Origin: Camelus dromedarius
Taxonomy: Eukaryota
Length of the DNA: 64,000 nucleotides
Direction of reading: 5' to 3'
Assembly: GCF_036321535.1 (NCBI RefSeq)
Contig: NC_087447.1
Coordinates: forward strand, 36,706,001 to 36,770,000
Shown: one piece after another, positions 1-12,831 of the stretch
Layout: each line of letters begins with the position of its first letter
How positions within the stretch are numbered: the stretch's first letter is position 1
Notes under the pieces: generated by a model
Databases searched by the model: none
The model's input: the letters and a program-made list of their open reading frames with translations, nothing else
What the model was told of the DNA's origin: nothing
Made by a program: the position numbers and the translations under genes

Positions 1-272
1 AAACATAATTTTGAAGTAGTGATAAACATAAAAGATATTTTGGGGTATCTTCAACAAGTACAATGTGAAATAAAAATATATTTTGATTCTGTGGATTACA
101 ATGTCATACATAGTATGAATTCATGGTTTGTTGTCTGCATCTATAATTTAAAGAAACACAAAATTTCAGTTAAAAGTTGGTGAAAAAGGATTTTTTTCCA
201 TATGAGTTCACATACTTCCTGAATTCTGTAGATAGACTCTTGGGATTTGTGGACCCTAGGTTAAGAACTTAT
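1..272. mobile_element. hAT-Charlie DNA transposon relic (Charlie4-like), one terminus, truncated by the window start
   Basis: Ends in ggaccctaggttaagaac, resembling the Charlie terminal motif ggaccccaggttaagaacccctg; internal aaatttcagttaaaagttggtgaaaa also resembles the consensus. Confidence 0.6.
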
Positions 273-279
273 ATACTAT

Positions 280-1130
280 AGGATATGGCACACCTATAGT
301 GAATAAAACAATAGTCTTTAACTTTAAAGAGTTCATATTCTAGAAAGATATATGAAACATATACAAAATGAACTCTAATTCAACGTCCAATATATGATAA
401 ACTCCATGAGAGCTATATAGGTAAAATGTTATAGGAATTTACAAGACAGATTATACCTGCCTAGGAAGCCATGGAAATTTTCAGTAGGAAAATGGATCTT
501 AACTGGTCTTAGAGGATGAAAGGATTTATATAGGTAGAAATGGAAGGGAGGGACATTACAGTCAAAAGGAATGGGCAGAGAGCTTTAAAACAGCCAGGAG
601 TTCAGGTTCTAATTTAAAGTAAGTGAAGATGGATATGGGATATAAGACTGAAAAGGTAGGTTCTGTTCAGATCACGGAGGCCCTTAAATTCTTTGCTAAG
701 GAGTTTGAACTCTACATTGAAAGTTATGGAGGAACCATTGACTACTTTTTAGCACAGTAACATGATGGATTAGAGCTTTTCTCCAGGAAAGTTAAGCTGG
801 CAGCACTGTGTCAGATCTATGGCAGTGCGGAGAGACATTAAGGAAATTGTTTCAGGCTAGAGATAATGAGGGCCTGAACTAAGGAAGCAGAAACAAGAAA
901 GGAAGAAGGGGTGCATATGGAAAAGACATTAGGATATAGAATTGTTGGGACTTGACATTTAAAGTGAGGAGATCAAGAGAGAGGAATGGTTTAAAGATAA
1001 CTCAGTGAAAAGGATGATGGTACTACAGTTAATGGAAATAAAAGAAGTAGAGCAACATGTTTTGGAGAATGGAAGCAATGAGGATCTCTATTTTTTATTT
1101 TGAATTTGATTCTTAATTTTAATTATCCAC
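280..1130 (-). mobile_element. L2 LINE relic
   Basis: Purine-rich antisense L2 3'-region motifs, e.g. ctaaggagtttgaactcta and aggctagagataatgagggcctgaactaagg. Confidence 0.7.
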
Positions 1131-3074
1131 TTAGAGCAATAGAACAGAACAGTATAATGGGAGAATAGAAATAATTAGAGAAAAGATCATTAATAAGCTT
1201 CTGATAGATATTCTGATTCTATAATAATTATATTCTAGGTCTTAAGAGGTATAATAGCTCACCAAAATTTGACTGGCTTTGACCTTTTAAAGCCTCGTCT
1301 CCTCATTTGGGAAATTCCTTATCCCATGGGACGTATAAGAACTTTCAAATGCATTAATCACGTCTCCCTCACTTCTGCTTTCTGGTTTGAAGGCTATACT
1401 TCATGAGTGACAAGCCTGTGTGATTGACATAATAAATGACCTTTTCTGAGTCATTCTTGTCCTGGAGAATGTTTTGACTCTATCAGACTGAGTATACCCT
1501 CCTCCTCACTTCCTCTCATATTCAGGAATTGATCTATAAAAAGTTTATCTATTATGGTCTATTTTTAAACAATATATACATGATAAAACAAAAACTCCAC
1601 ATAGAATAGTGAAGTTTTTCCCTTACAGGTTGATTCTTTCATTAACGAAGTAACTGTCCAGTATTTTATCTGCCATTCTCTCAAGAGGTGTCATTTCCAA
1701 AGCAGTGATTTGACTGGATTGCTGAAACACTGATGAACAAAGGTGTTCTGTCTGAAGTGCCTCTTCTGAAAGTGAGATTTGTGGGAAAATAGGGAAGGCT
1801 TCTGTTTTGCTATAAATTAAACCCTGATTTTTCTGCCATAGACAGATAGATAAGTTGGTAGGTAGGTAGACAGATGCATGGAAAAATGGATGGATGGATA
1901 GAATGAAAGAATATCAGAATCTACCTTTTAAAACACTGTTGGCATTGGTGGGTATAGTATGCAGAAAGACTTTGATTAATAGATTCAGGTTAAAGTGCTT
2001 CTAAGATAAAAATCTTTCAGCTAGGATTAAATGATGAATCTTAGTTATCCTTGTGTCACCCATCTTGTTGCCAGTGTAGCTGGGCTCTAGCATAAGCGAC
2101 AGTTGTCAGAAAATGAATACTTTATAAAGGACTTCTATATCTAAATACATATATTTAATCAGAGAGTCCTTTGGCTTCTGAAAATAAGTTGTCTAATGAG
2201 AATTTCATTTGAGCAGCTGCAACTGAGGAGGTCAACAGGCATTGCCTAGGAGAATATGGCCCAGCTGGTTAAATCTGGTTGTTGTCGTGATTTAAATGGT
2301 CAAGTGCTGCTTGTAATCCAGGACCGTCTGTTTGTAAAGGGAAGAGTGAGTGCTTCAGCATAATGTACAGCTGTTTTAATCTCTCTTTAATAATAGTGCT
2401 TCAGCCACTATCATGTCTTGTATATCATACTACTAAGTATATGATCCTAGGCCGGGTGAACCGGTTTGGGTCAGGTTCTGGAATCCTGTGAGACTGCAGA
2501 GAAAGGGATACAATGATATAAACCTCAGATCTAACAAAAGAAGATTTTCTTTCTGACTTTTTGCTCTTTTGAAAGACTTATTTTTTAGGTAATAATTATT
2601 TTGATCAAAAGAGAGCGATAAAGCTTGTAGTTAGATAGAAATATTAGAATAAATGAATTCTCTATTTAATAGAATAAATATTAGAATAAATAAATCCTCT
2701 AGACTTAATGGAAAGTATGCAGGGTTTAGGTACAGTTCTGTAGGATTTATGTTGGTCAGAAATTAGAGTATTTGTCCAGTGAAATTGTGTGCTTCAAGAT
2801 ATTGTAGTAATGAAAGTATGTAGATTCATTTGACTGTGTATATAGAGAAAGGGCAGGAGCATTTGAGCTGTGGATTCCTGATGGGATAGGCTTTCCAATG
2901 GATTATGCAGCTGTTACCCAGCACAAGAAAGAACACGTGTTTATGTATCTGATGGATTATTATCGTTATACACATCTCTAAATAATAATTTGGATTTCTA
3001 CATATATTTTCACCGAATTATATTTAGTTAGCATATATGTTGATATGTATCACTCATCTGGCTTTTGCTGTACT

Positions 3075-3560
3075 AAAGGAGTGTGGTATAGTTTAAACAA
3101 TGGGAAAGTCATATTTTTTTTGAGTGAGCTAGATCTGGGTTTGAATATAAGTCCTAATATTTAGTGAGGCAGTACAGCCTACTGATTAATAGTTTGGGCT
3201 CTGGAGCAAGGTTGCCTGCGTTTGAATCTCAGTTCAGCATTTGCCAGGTGGTAAACATCAGGCACCTTTCTGTGTTTTCTCAGCCAAGTATTAGACATAA
3301 TTATAGTGCTATCATGATGAGATCCAGATTTAGTTAATGCAACAAAAGCATTTAGAGCATTACCAGAGCATAGTAAGTGCTCAATAAATGTAGCCAGCAT
3401 TACTTCCTAGCCTTGGACACATTATTTCCTCCTTTTGTCTTTCAGTTTCCTCATCTATAAAACAAGATGAAATACCTACTTTGCAGGGTTGTGTGAGAAT
3501 TTTACATATTATAATATAAAATACATAGCTTCTATAATCATTATTACTATTGCTATTATA
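3075..3560 (+). mobile_element. Older MIR SINE split in two (3075-3165 and 3403-3560) by a second MIR
   Basis: 5' half agatctgggtttgaat; core resumes at 3403 with ccttggacac...tcagtttcctcatctataaaa...acctactttgcagggttgtgtgag. Confidence 0.7.
3166..3402 (+). mobile_element. MIR SINE, near full length
   Basis: gggctctggagc...gtttgaatctcagttc head and catagtaagtgctcaataaatg 3' end. Confidence 0.8.
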
Positions 3561-5129
3561 ACTAGTACCAGTGTTATTATTTGAAGAAACATTTTTTAAA
3601 GAGAAATATTACAAGAATCTCATCCTGCACCATAGAGAGAATCATAGAAAATGTCCCATGGTGTTAGGGGATTTGGCATTTGGCAGCAATGGCATACTTG
3701 TTTTCTGGAAGAGCAATTCAGTTGAACTCTCCTTTCAGGCTTTTTGGAAAAGCTGATACTAAAGTTTCCCCCACTGGAAGCCAATCTTCCCTGCTGAGAA
3801 ATATGTGGAATATGATGTTGTCAGCTAGAGAGACTGGTAAAGCCGCGGATGAGGTTTTTAGATACTACGTAGTTAAGAGCACTGTGTTCCTGTTAAAGAA
3901 AAAATCTATTAAAAGTCCGCGCTTAAGAAAAAAAGTTTAAGCATTCATACCATGCTGGAACATCAGCAGAATCTTTTAAGGCAAAATTTATGGATATTGT
4001 ATTTTACCACTGCTCTGATTGAAGGTTATATTGGTGAAGCATTTAGAATATCTGAGATCCAAACCTTTCTTTATATTTCTCATTCATGGGGGAAACTTGA
4101 AAGGTTTTGGATTTTTTTCATAAGAAATACATTAAGTATTCATTATAAAAACCCCCAGAATTATTATTTCAAATAAGTTGAAAATTTCAAGGCATTTAAA
4201 TACTGAAGTTTCCCATGACAACTCATACTGTAGGTGAAGCAATCAGGTACACAGAGCAATGATGATGCAACTTCATTTTAACTGATTTTTTTCTTCTCTT
4301 TAAAATACATCTTTACCCTTCTATGATATTTGTGTCCTTGCTTCTATTTTAAAGAATTTTATCATATTCATAGCAAATATTTATCTAGTACCATATAGTT
4401 TATATAAACATATTTCTGAAAGTGTTGTACAATTAGGGATTAAAATGAGGAGCTAGAACTACCAGTTTTTGAGTTGTGGAAAAGAATAATGTTTTTATGT
4501 TTTTGTGTTAAGTATATTTGCTTTCTGATTCTCTGGAAACTGATCATCCTCTCATATAACTTTATAAAGGATGCAATGAGCCTGAATCCTGTGAATGCTA
4601 GACATTCTGAACAAATCTTGGTTATTTTAATTTGTTGTTTTGCAACTCCCATTTACAATGCTGGCAGTGTACTAGTTGATTGAATCCTTTTCTCAGCTTC
4701 ATTTTGTTTGTCTCTGCCTTGAAAAGATACTTCAGATTTCTTGGCCCATTTCTATCTCCTCAGACTTAAAAGTTCTCTAAGGTTTTTCTCTATGAATGTT
4801 AAGAACAGATGCAGGCTGTTGCTTCTGATTTTCCCTGTTACTGACCTGGAAAGCAAGAAGTTGTTTTTGGTGTTTCGTTGCTTAAAAAGAGGTTGCAGCT
4901 TCCTCTGCATGGTTTGATGAAGTTAAGTCACATTCTCATACGATTTTTGAAACTGTGAAGTTGAAGTGGATCATTAGCATTTTGCATTTTTCCCATTGAA
5001 AATTCATTAGGTTGACTTCTTCAGGATTTCTTCTGGGATTCTCAAAAGTGATAGAAGGCAGTTTTAAAATCTATACATTTTTATTATACAATATATATGT
5101 AAAATCCAAAGAAAAATGAATAGAAATGG

Positions 5130-5770
5130 AAGTAGTAAACTTAAATATATGTTTACTGTGTAATGTTTGATACATATACAATTTAATGCATAAAAATAAA
5201 ACAAACACCTGTGAATTCATCATCCAACTTAATAAAAATTACTAGTACTATTGAATCTACCTCTGTTTTCTTCACCTATTCAATCCCTTTGTTTTCTGCA
5301 TAGATATAACTACTGCCAGAACTTTGTGTTTAGAATCTTCCTCTTTTTTTTTGTTTTAAGCTAGTTTTGTATATGTCCCTAAATAATATATTGTTTAGCT
5401 TTCTTTCAGAACTTTATAAAAATGGTATCACACTAACCTTCTATGGCTTGCTTTTTATACTCATAATTATACAGTTAGACTCTAAGATAAATTTTGCTGT
5501 GTGCAGCTCCAGTTCATTTTCACTTTTGTATAATGTTCCATACACTATCCTACAGAATGCTAGGTAAGAGTGTATTCCTCTTTTTACTGTCTCTGGATGT
5601 TTGGATGTCTTCCAGTTTTCTGCGAGTACAGACAATGGTGGTATGGACATTCTTGCACCTGTCTTCTGATACACATGTGCCTGAGCTTCTTCTTTAGGGT
5701 GTATTCCCAGGAGTAGAATTGCTGTTGACAAATTTTGTATTATTTTCCCACTCTGTTGGAAAACATTACA
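5130..5770 (-). mobile_element. Old L1 (L1ME-like) 3' fragment
   Basis: Minus ORF 5441-5773 contains AILLLGIHPKE...HVYQKT...AENWK, matching the L1 ORF2 C-terminus, followed by an L1ME-type 3' UTR. Confidence 0.8.
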
Positions 5771-6324
5771 CAAAGAAGTTGGGGCTGCAGTGTCTGTGTA
5801 TATTATAATTCCCGAAAGCCTTACCTTTTGGTTCCACTTTCTTCAGAATGTCTAGTACAGGTTTCCTTTTACTGCTGAGCTTTTCAGAAGCTCACAAGAG
5901 GCTCTGATGGACCCTTCACTGTATTTTTTCTTTTTGTTGTATTTTAATAGAATGTCTCCAGCACTTCTTTTAATTATGAGCACCAGTGTATTGTCATTCT
6001 CCCTCTGGACTATGATTACTAGGTTTGTTAGGAAATGCACTTTTTCCCCCTTTTGATTCTTTTTATTGATGTTTACAGTGTGTGGTTTTTGAATTAAGGT
6101 AATTCCCCATCTCTAACTTTATCATCATGTTCATGATCATATTTTCCTTACATACCTACTTCAGATTCGGAATTAACTATCAAACCCTGTTGATTACTGG
6201 CACTGTTCTATCTAACCATTTATATTGAAATAGACAGTTTTTTCTAGCCAAACAGTTGGCTTATTAGTTGGAAATCTTCACCTCTTTCTTAGCATGTTTA
6301 ATCTAAGAGTCTTTTCAGATATTG

Positions 6325-6487
6325 GCTTGGGTTTGATATGCATTCTTGTTTGACTCTGGCTACTTACTTAGTAGTACCCAATAATTAATTAGTTAGTTAC
6401 TGAATTGTCTGATCTTAGCACTAGTTTCTTAATTTAGAAAATGAGGACATTGGTCTAGCATTAAAGGCCAAATTCTAAAATTCTATG
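6325..6487 (+). mobile_element. Highly diverged MIR
   Basis: ctctggctacttact...agtttcttaatttagaaaatgagg...ttctaaaattctatg. Confidence 0.45.
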
Positions 6488-8796
6488 CTGCTTTGATTTT
6501 CTTTTAGAATTTGTACCTAAATTTCAGTATCCACTATCAGTAATTTTCTGTTTCAAACTGTTTTCACAGTAAATGTCATCTGAACCAATCTCATGATTCA
6601 TTTTCTCTTAATATGGTTGCAATTGTCCTTTGCTGTTCCCAATCTCTCTTTTCTGATGTTAGAATCTTTATGAAGATAGAGATAAAAGCTGCCATCCAAT
6701 TTTGATGTCTGAAAAAGCCATTGTCCAATGAAGCACTTATAGACAAAGTCATGGATAATCGGCTTAGAAAGTGCTATACATGGTTTAAGAGATTGGCAAA
6801 TGGAGGGTGGGGTTAGTAGGGTGGCATGATCCAGAAGAAGGTAAAGACTGATAATTCTACCTTTTGGCTGGGCTGTTGTAAAGGGGATTTGGAACTTAGA
6901 TGGTATTCCTGGCCATAAATATTTGCCATATAAGGCAATGGGTTTAATGCTGAATAACTGTGTTACTTAGGTCTATCATAGCTTTCATAATTTATGTCTT
7001 GAGGGTTTAAGTATAACTGAGGAGTCATCACTGAGGGACCAGACAAGTACATTCACAATGAAGTCACAGAATACAGGCCATCTACTAGCCTTACAAGGGA
7101 AGAAGTTAGAGGCCTGTGGACTTCCCTCTCATATAAAGAATTGAAATAAGAAAATACAAATAGATGGTTTAAAAATGGTAGTATAATGAAGAATAACTAT
7201 GAAAAATGTGACAGAGTATTGAATTATTTGTAAGAATTATGGCACCAGCAATAAAAAGGGCAGAATTACTTTGCTAACGTATGCTTTTTGAAGGAAGGCA
7301 ACTTTAGTCCACAGGCAGTTTTTAGAGCAGCTAACAAACTGTATAATAGGATTCCATTCCACTCCAGATGCAGTGGGACTTAGCTTAACTGGATCTTTGT
7401 AGAAGATCCTTCAGGAATACCTTTTATCTTATACTTCTTGCTCCTGCCACAGATATGGAAGAAATGGGAAATTTAAGAATTAATGTATAAGCAATATGCT
7501 GTTTTGGAGCAATCTCCCTTTGTTTTCAGGTAGAAAAGGGAGACTAGGGGAAACTACCTTATGTATATAATGTACAAAGTTTGAAATACTATTCTTTGGT
7601 CTTTTTGATACTATTTAATAGTATTTATACAGTGGCAGTGTCGTTTTGGAATACAGAGGACAGCAGCAAATAAATGTTGTTTGCTTATAAATATTATTGC
7701 CACTAAACTTATGTGTACAGAAATTCACATATTAATTTTATTTCTCCATTAGTAATTTTAATTTAATTCTCAAGCCCCCATTCTGACTAATAGAAGAAAG
7801 CCTGGCCTCATGTCCAGGTAGACTCAGTTACCTCAGGATTTAACTTTAGTCAGTTAGAATTATGTCCCTTTCACTTCTTCATTGTGTTATCTGATATCCA
7901 GAGGGCTTAGGCATTTTACTGTCATTGGGGCATTGGTATCTAGTAGTGAACATCAGTCTCTATTATGCTTGGAGTAAAATTCATTGCTTAAAATCCAAAC
8001 ATTGTACTTTGGTTTTCAAGACTCCTATTGTATTACTTTTTTTCTCAGGCCACTCCAGCTGTATGCACCATTAAAAAAATTTTTTTTTCTTCAAGCATGC
8101 CTTAGTTCCTTTGCATTTGCTTTTCCCTGTATCTAGAATTATTTTCCTTTAGATCTATGCATATTGGTTCCTCTTTAGTTTATTATTTATTTATTCATTT
8201 TTTTAAGAATACATTTCTTAGATATGCCCTATTTATTTCAAACAATGGTAAGAATGTCTCTCATTTACTGTGTAGCTCCTCCACTGGTTACTTGCTGTGC
8301 AGTCAGTATCAGCGTCAGAGGTAAGGTGTATTTTGGTAACTGATGGAGACTAACTTCTTTGAATTTTTTTTTCTAGCTTAATTTTTTTTTCTAATACTTA
8401 ATTCATTATCTCCCACATCTACTGTGCTTTTTCTTTTTGCTTTGATATGAATATAACTTGGACACATTCTTAGTCACATTAGAGCCACATTACACATCAT
8501 TAGAATTTGGTTCCTAGAGTTCTTTTGTGATCTTTCTCTTGTGAGCATTTTGATTAAGAAACTTAGAGATGTAACCATCTCATGACAAGCTTTCTTATCT
8601 AAAGAGCCAGCACGGTGTTAAGTTGAATTAGTTATTTAGTCCAGCATACTTCATGCTTCCCCCTACCCAGAATAACCGTCTATCTCCCTTCTGCTTATCT
8701 AAGTTTTCCATCTGTCCATTTTACAATACATAAAATCCAGATAATATCTGGTCTGCTGCTGACTACTTTAGGCCTCATGACTTCCTCCTTGTATAA

Positions 8797-9175
8797 AATT
8801 TGTGGAGTCTTAAAAAAAAGTCGATCTCATAGAAGTAGAGAGTAGGAAAGTTGTTGTCAAGGTCTGTGGGTAGGTGGGGGAAACAGGGAGAGGTTGGTAA
8901 AAGGGTAAAACTTTCTGTTGTAAATGAGGAAGGTCTGAGGATATAATGTATAACATGGTGACTATAGTTGATAACACTGTATTATATAAATGAAAATGTC
9001 TAAGTTTAGCAGATTTTAGCAGAGTAGAACTTCAATAGATGAGGTGATAGATATATTAATGAACTCAGTGGGGGGAATCCTTTCACAGTGTGTCTATATA
9101 TCAAATCGTCACTTGCATACTCTAAATATCTTACAATTTTGTTTGTCAGTTATACCTCAGTAAAGCTAAAAATGA
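8797..9175 (+). mobile_element. L1 3' UTR fragment (L1MA9-like)
   Basis: ctcatagaagtagagagtag...catggtgactatagttgataacactgtatt...tatacctcagtaaagct. Confidence 0.85.
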
Positions 9176-9224
9176 AACCATATACCACTCCATTTATCAG
9201 TAGATTATAGCTTTATATTTGCTG

Positions 9225-10805
9225 TTTTTTTAAATTGAGATTTTTATTAAGATAATTATAGATTCACATGCAGTTGTAAGAAATAATTTAGAGAGATCCA
9301 GTGTACACTTTGTCCATTTTCCCCCAGTGACAACATTTTGCAAAACTGTCACATACTATTATATCCAGTTGATTGACGTTGGTACGATCCACTGACCTTA
9401 CTCATATTTTTCAGTTTTAATTGTACTCACTTGTGTGTGGCTGTGCATATTAGGTTCTCTACAGTTTTGTCACCTGTAAGTCACTTATATAGGTTCACGT
9501 AATCACTACCACAATCAAGATATTAAATAGTTTCAACATCACAAGGATCTCTTGTGTTGCTCTTCTATAATTATTACTCACCTTCTCTATTCTAACACCC
9601 CTCACCCTCTGTACCATACCTCTGTCAACCACTAATGTGTTCTTCATTTCTAACATTTTGTTATTTCAAAGATGTTATATAAATGGATTTATACAGTACC
9701 TAATTTTTTGGAATTGGCTTAAAAAAACAGCATAATTCCATGGAGATTCATCCAAGTTGTTGCATGTATCAATAATTCATATTATTTTTTTTATTGCTAA
9801 GCAGTATTCAATGGTATGTATGACTTGTATGTGTCTGTTTAATCATTCACCAGCTGAAGGATGTCAATTTAAACATCCAGTTTTTGGCTATTACAACTAA
9901 AGTTACTGTGAACATTTGTGTACAGGTTTTTGTGTGAACGTAAGTTTTCATTTCTCTGGGATTCATGGCCACAGGTACAATTGCTAGGTTGCATGGTAAT
10001 TGATGCTTAGTTTTATAAGAAACTTCCAAACTGTATTTCAGAATATCTGTACCATTTTACATTCCCACCGGCAACATACAGGCGATCCAGTTTCTCTGCA
10101 TCTTTGTTAGCATTTGGTTTTGTCATGCTTATTAGCCATTCTGATAGATATATATGTAGTTTTTTTGGGGGGGGTGGTAATTAGGTTTATTTATTTATTC
10201 TTGGAGGAGGTCTTGGGGATTGAACCCAGGACCTCTTGCGTGCTAAGAACACACTCTACCACTTGAGCTACTCCCTTCCGCCAGTATATAGGTAGTTTTA
10301 AATTGTATTTCTTTCATGCCTAATGATGTTGAACATTACTTTATGTGCTTGTTTGCCATCTGTATATCTTTCCTCTTTAGTGAAATGTCTATCCATGTCT
10401 TTTGTCTATTTTTTAATTAGATTTTTTTAAACTTTGAGTTGTGAGAGTGTTTTTTGTTATTCTAGTTACTAGTCCTATGGTGAATATGTGCTTTGCAAAT
10501 ATTTTCTCACTGTCTGTGGTTTGACTTTTCATCCTTTTTACCATAGACTTTCACAGAGCAAATGTTTATAATTTTGAAGAGGACCAATTAAACAATTTTT
10601 AATTTTATGGATCATGCTTTTTGTGTCAAGTCTGTGAATACTTTGCCTAGCTCTATATTTTAAACATTTTCTCCTGTGTTTTCTTTGCTAAAAGATTTAT
10701 AGTTTTACATTTTACATTTAAGTCTATAATCCATTTAGGGTCATTTTTTGTATAAGGTGTGAGGTTTGGGTCACATTTTTATATGAAGTGTGACATTGAG
10801 GTTTT
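9225..10805 (-). mobile_element. L1 (L1MC-like) 3' UTR plus ORF2 C-terminal part; non-inverted portion
   Basis: L1MC-type tail (gttgtaagaaataat...gagagatcc); minus ORF 9847-10029 NPREMKTYVHTKTCTQMF...IAKNW. Confidence 0.85.
10161..10282 (-). mobile_element. tRNA-derived SINE (camelid Vic-1 type) with target-site duplication
   Basis: Reverse complement reads ...gtagctcaagtggtagag (A box)...gggttcaatccc (B box)...aataaataaataaacctaattacc-C-run-polyA; flanks tatata(t/g)gtagtttt at 10149-10163 and 10285-10299. Confidence 0.85.
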
Positions 10806-10812
10806 ATTTTTT

Positions 10813-11385
10813 TGAGTTAGCAAGGTCATAGGATACAAGATCAACTCATAAAAACCAATAGCATTTCTATATATTAGCAATGGACATATGAAAACCAAAA
10901 TTTAAAACACAGTGCTATTTACAATTGCTCCAAATAAAACGAAAAGCCTAAACACATACTTAACAAAACATGTACGAGATCTGATGCTGAAATTACAAAA
11001 TGCTGGTAAAAGAAAGACTTAAATAAATGGCAAGACGCTCTGCATCCTGAATCGGAAGACTCATAAAGACTGGTAAAGATGTCAGTGTTCCCCCAAATGA
11101 TCTCTATGTTTAATGCAATTCCTATCAAAATCTCAGCAAGACTTTCATGCACATAGACAAGCTTATTCTAAAATTTATATAGAAAGGGATAGGCCCTAGA
11201 ATAGCTAAGATAATCTTGACAAAGGATAATAAAATGTTAGGAGTCACTCTATCCAATGTAGAGTAGCTATAATAATCAAAACAATGTGGTTTTGGCAGAG
11301 AAATAGACATATGATCAATGGAACAGAATAGAGAACCCACAAATAGAACCACCAAAATATGCTCAACTGATTTTTGACAGATGAA
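10813..11385 (+). mobile_element. L1 ORF2 fragment, inverted 5' portion of the 9225-10805 element
   Basis: Sense ORF2 motifs from agcaaggtcataggatacaagatcaac (SKV.GYKIN) to tggaacagaatagag...caactgatttttgac (WNRIE...QLIFD). Confidence 0.85.
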
Positions 11386-11409
11386 AAGTATTATTTGCTA
11401 TTTTACATT

Positions 11410-11535
11410 TATTGATCTTGCCTCCCAAGAAGATTTTAGTTTCCTTGAGGACACAGGTCATATCTTTAGTCTTTCTTCACACACTTAGTATAGATCTTAG
11501 TAAGTAATATGCATTAACCTAAAAATCTGTTGATT
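11410..11535 (+). mobile_element. L2 3'-end fragment
   Basis: tttccttgaggacacagg...cacttagtataga...aaatctgttga. Confidence 0.45.
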
Positions 11536-11662
11536 TATAAAAGATTTCAGAGAGATGAATAATATCATGGCTCAAAGGAGATGAATAGATTCAGTTTTTA
11601 GGGAATGTCTCTTTCGTTAAGCTAAGTATAATATACATATTTAAGTGCACACATATATATGC

Positions 11663-12605
11663 TCATTATTTCCATAAACATTTATTAAGCCCTTTCATCT
11701 GGCAGTGTAGTGGGCCTGGGTTGGGGAGAGGAAAAGTGGAAAGTGGAGAAGAAGAAAGTGAATACAGAGGTGAATAAATAATGGTTTTTAGTAGCTCTTA
11801 GTTTAGTGGGAGAAGCACATGCACGTAGAGTAATTATAGTAAGTGTTATAGTAGAAGGAACTATAAAATGCTGGAGTATGGTATCATTTTGTGTAGAAGA
11901 CCTAGGAGAGGAGTTAGGCATTATAGGCATTTGAGCTAGATTTTGATTAACTATGAGCTATTCATAGTGAAGAAGAGATATAACAGAATCCCAGGTATAG
12001 AGGAGAGCAAGTATAAAGTTTCAGTGGTATGAATAAATCTGTGAGTTTGGTGGATTCAAGAGGTCTGGTGTGGTTAGGATAGGAGACGCGACTTAAAAAT
12101 GGACTGAAGCCTCTGTAAAGAGTTTAAATTTTATCTTTTGGGTGGTAGGGAGCAGTTGAACACTTCTGTAGGAGGATGAGTGACATAACTGGACACATTT
12201 CTTAGAAAAGTAACTTTGGTAGCGTTTTGACTATCCATTGGAAAGAGGCATGGCCAAATGCAGGAAAATCTGTTAGTAGGCTGTTTTAATGGGGTACACA
12301 TGTACTGATAAAAGTCTGTTAAACAACTAAGGCAGTGGCAGGGGTTAGGGAGGAGGAATCAGTTTTAAGATAGATATTTAAGTTGCTAATTAGGTGTGGG
12401 GTGTGAGGTTGGGGAGAGAGTCAAAGACCATTGAAGTATCCTGGCAGAGAGGATCAATAGTGAGACTATTACGATGGTGAATATCGATAGGTGAGAAGGT
12501 TTAGGGAGAAGATTTGGTTTAGACATACTGAGTTTGAGCATTCTGTGGAGGTAGATACACCTAGCAGGCAGATGGAAGACTGTCCTGGTGATTAGGAGAG
12601 AGGAG
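11663..12605 (-). mobile_element. L2 LINE relic
   Basis: Starts with antisense L2 tail aaacatttattaagc; also aagagtttaaattttatc...gtagggagcagttgaa and tttggtttagacatactgagtttgag. Confidence 0.75.
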
Positions 12606-12831
12606 TAGCCCTTGGCTCCCTTTTTAATCATTGTTATGGATTTAAGCTCCTTTTTCATAGAGAACTCATTGCGATCAGTCACTGTTGCTTTCAGGTGGCA
12701 TCATATTTGCTACACAAGTGGAAGCTCTGTAATCTGTTATTCTGTTCATATAAAGGAAGAGGAGGAATTATAGGCCAGTATGGGTCATGTGTGTCTTGCA
12801 TGTTCAGGTAAACTCAATTAATCTTGTAGCC

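Noticed and set aside
6660..7500. Purine-richer stretch that might be a decayed pseudogene or LTR-internal sequence
   Set aside because: No sustained frame or motif that I can assign.
10200..10282. tRNA gene
   Set aside because: The A and B boxes belong to a SINE head with an A-rich tail and TSD; there is no proper acceptor stem.
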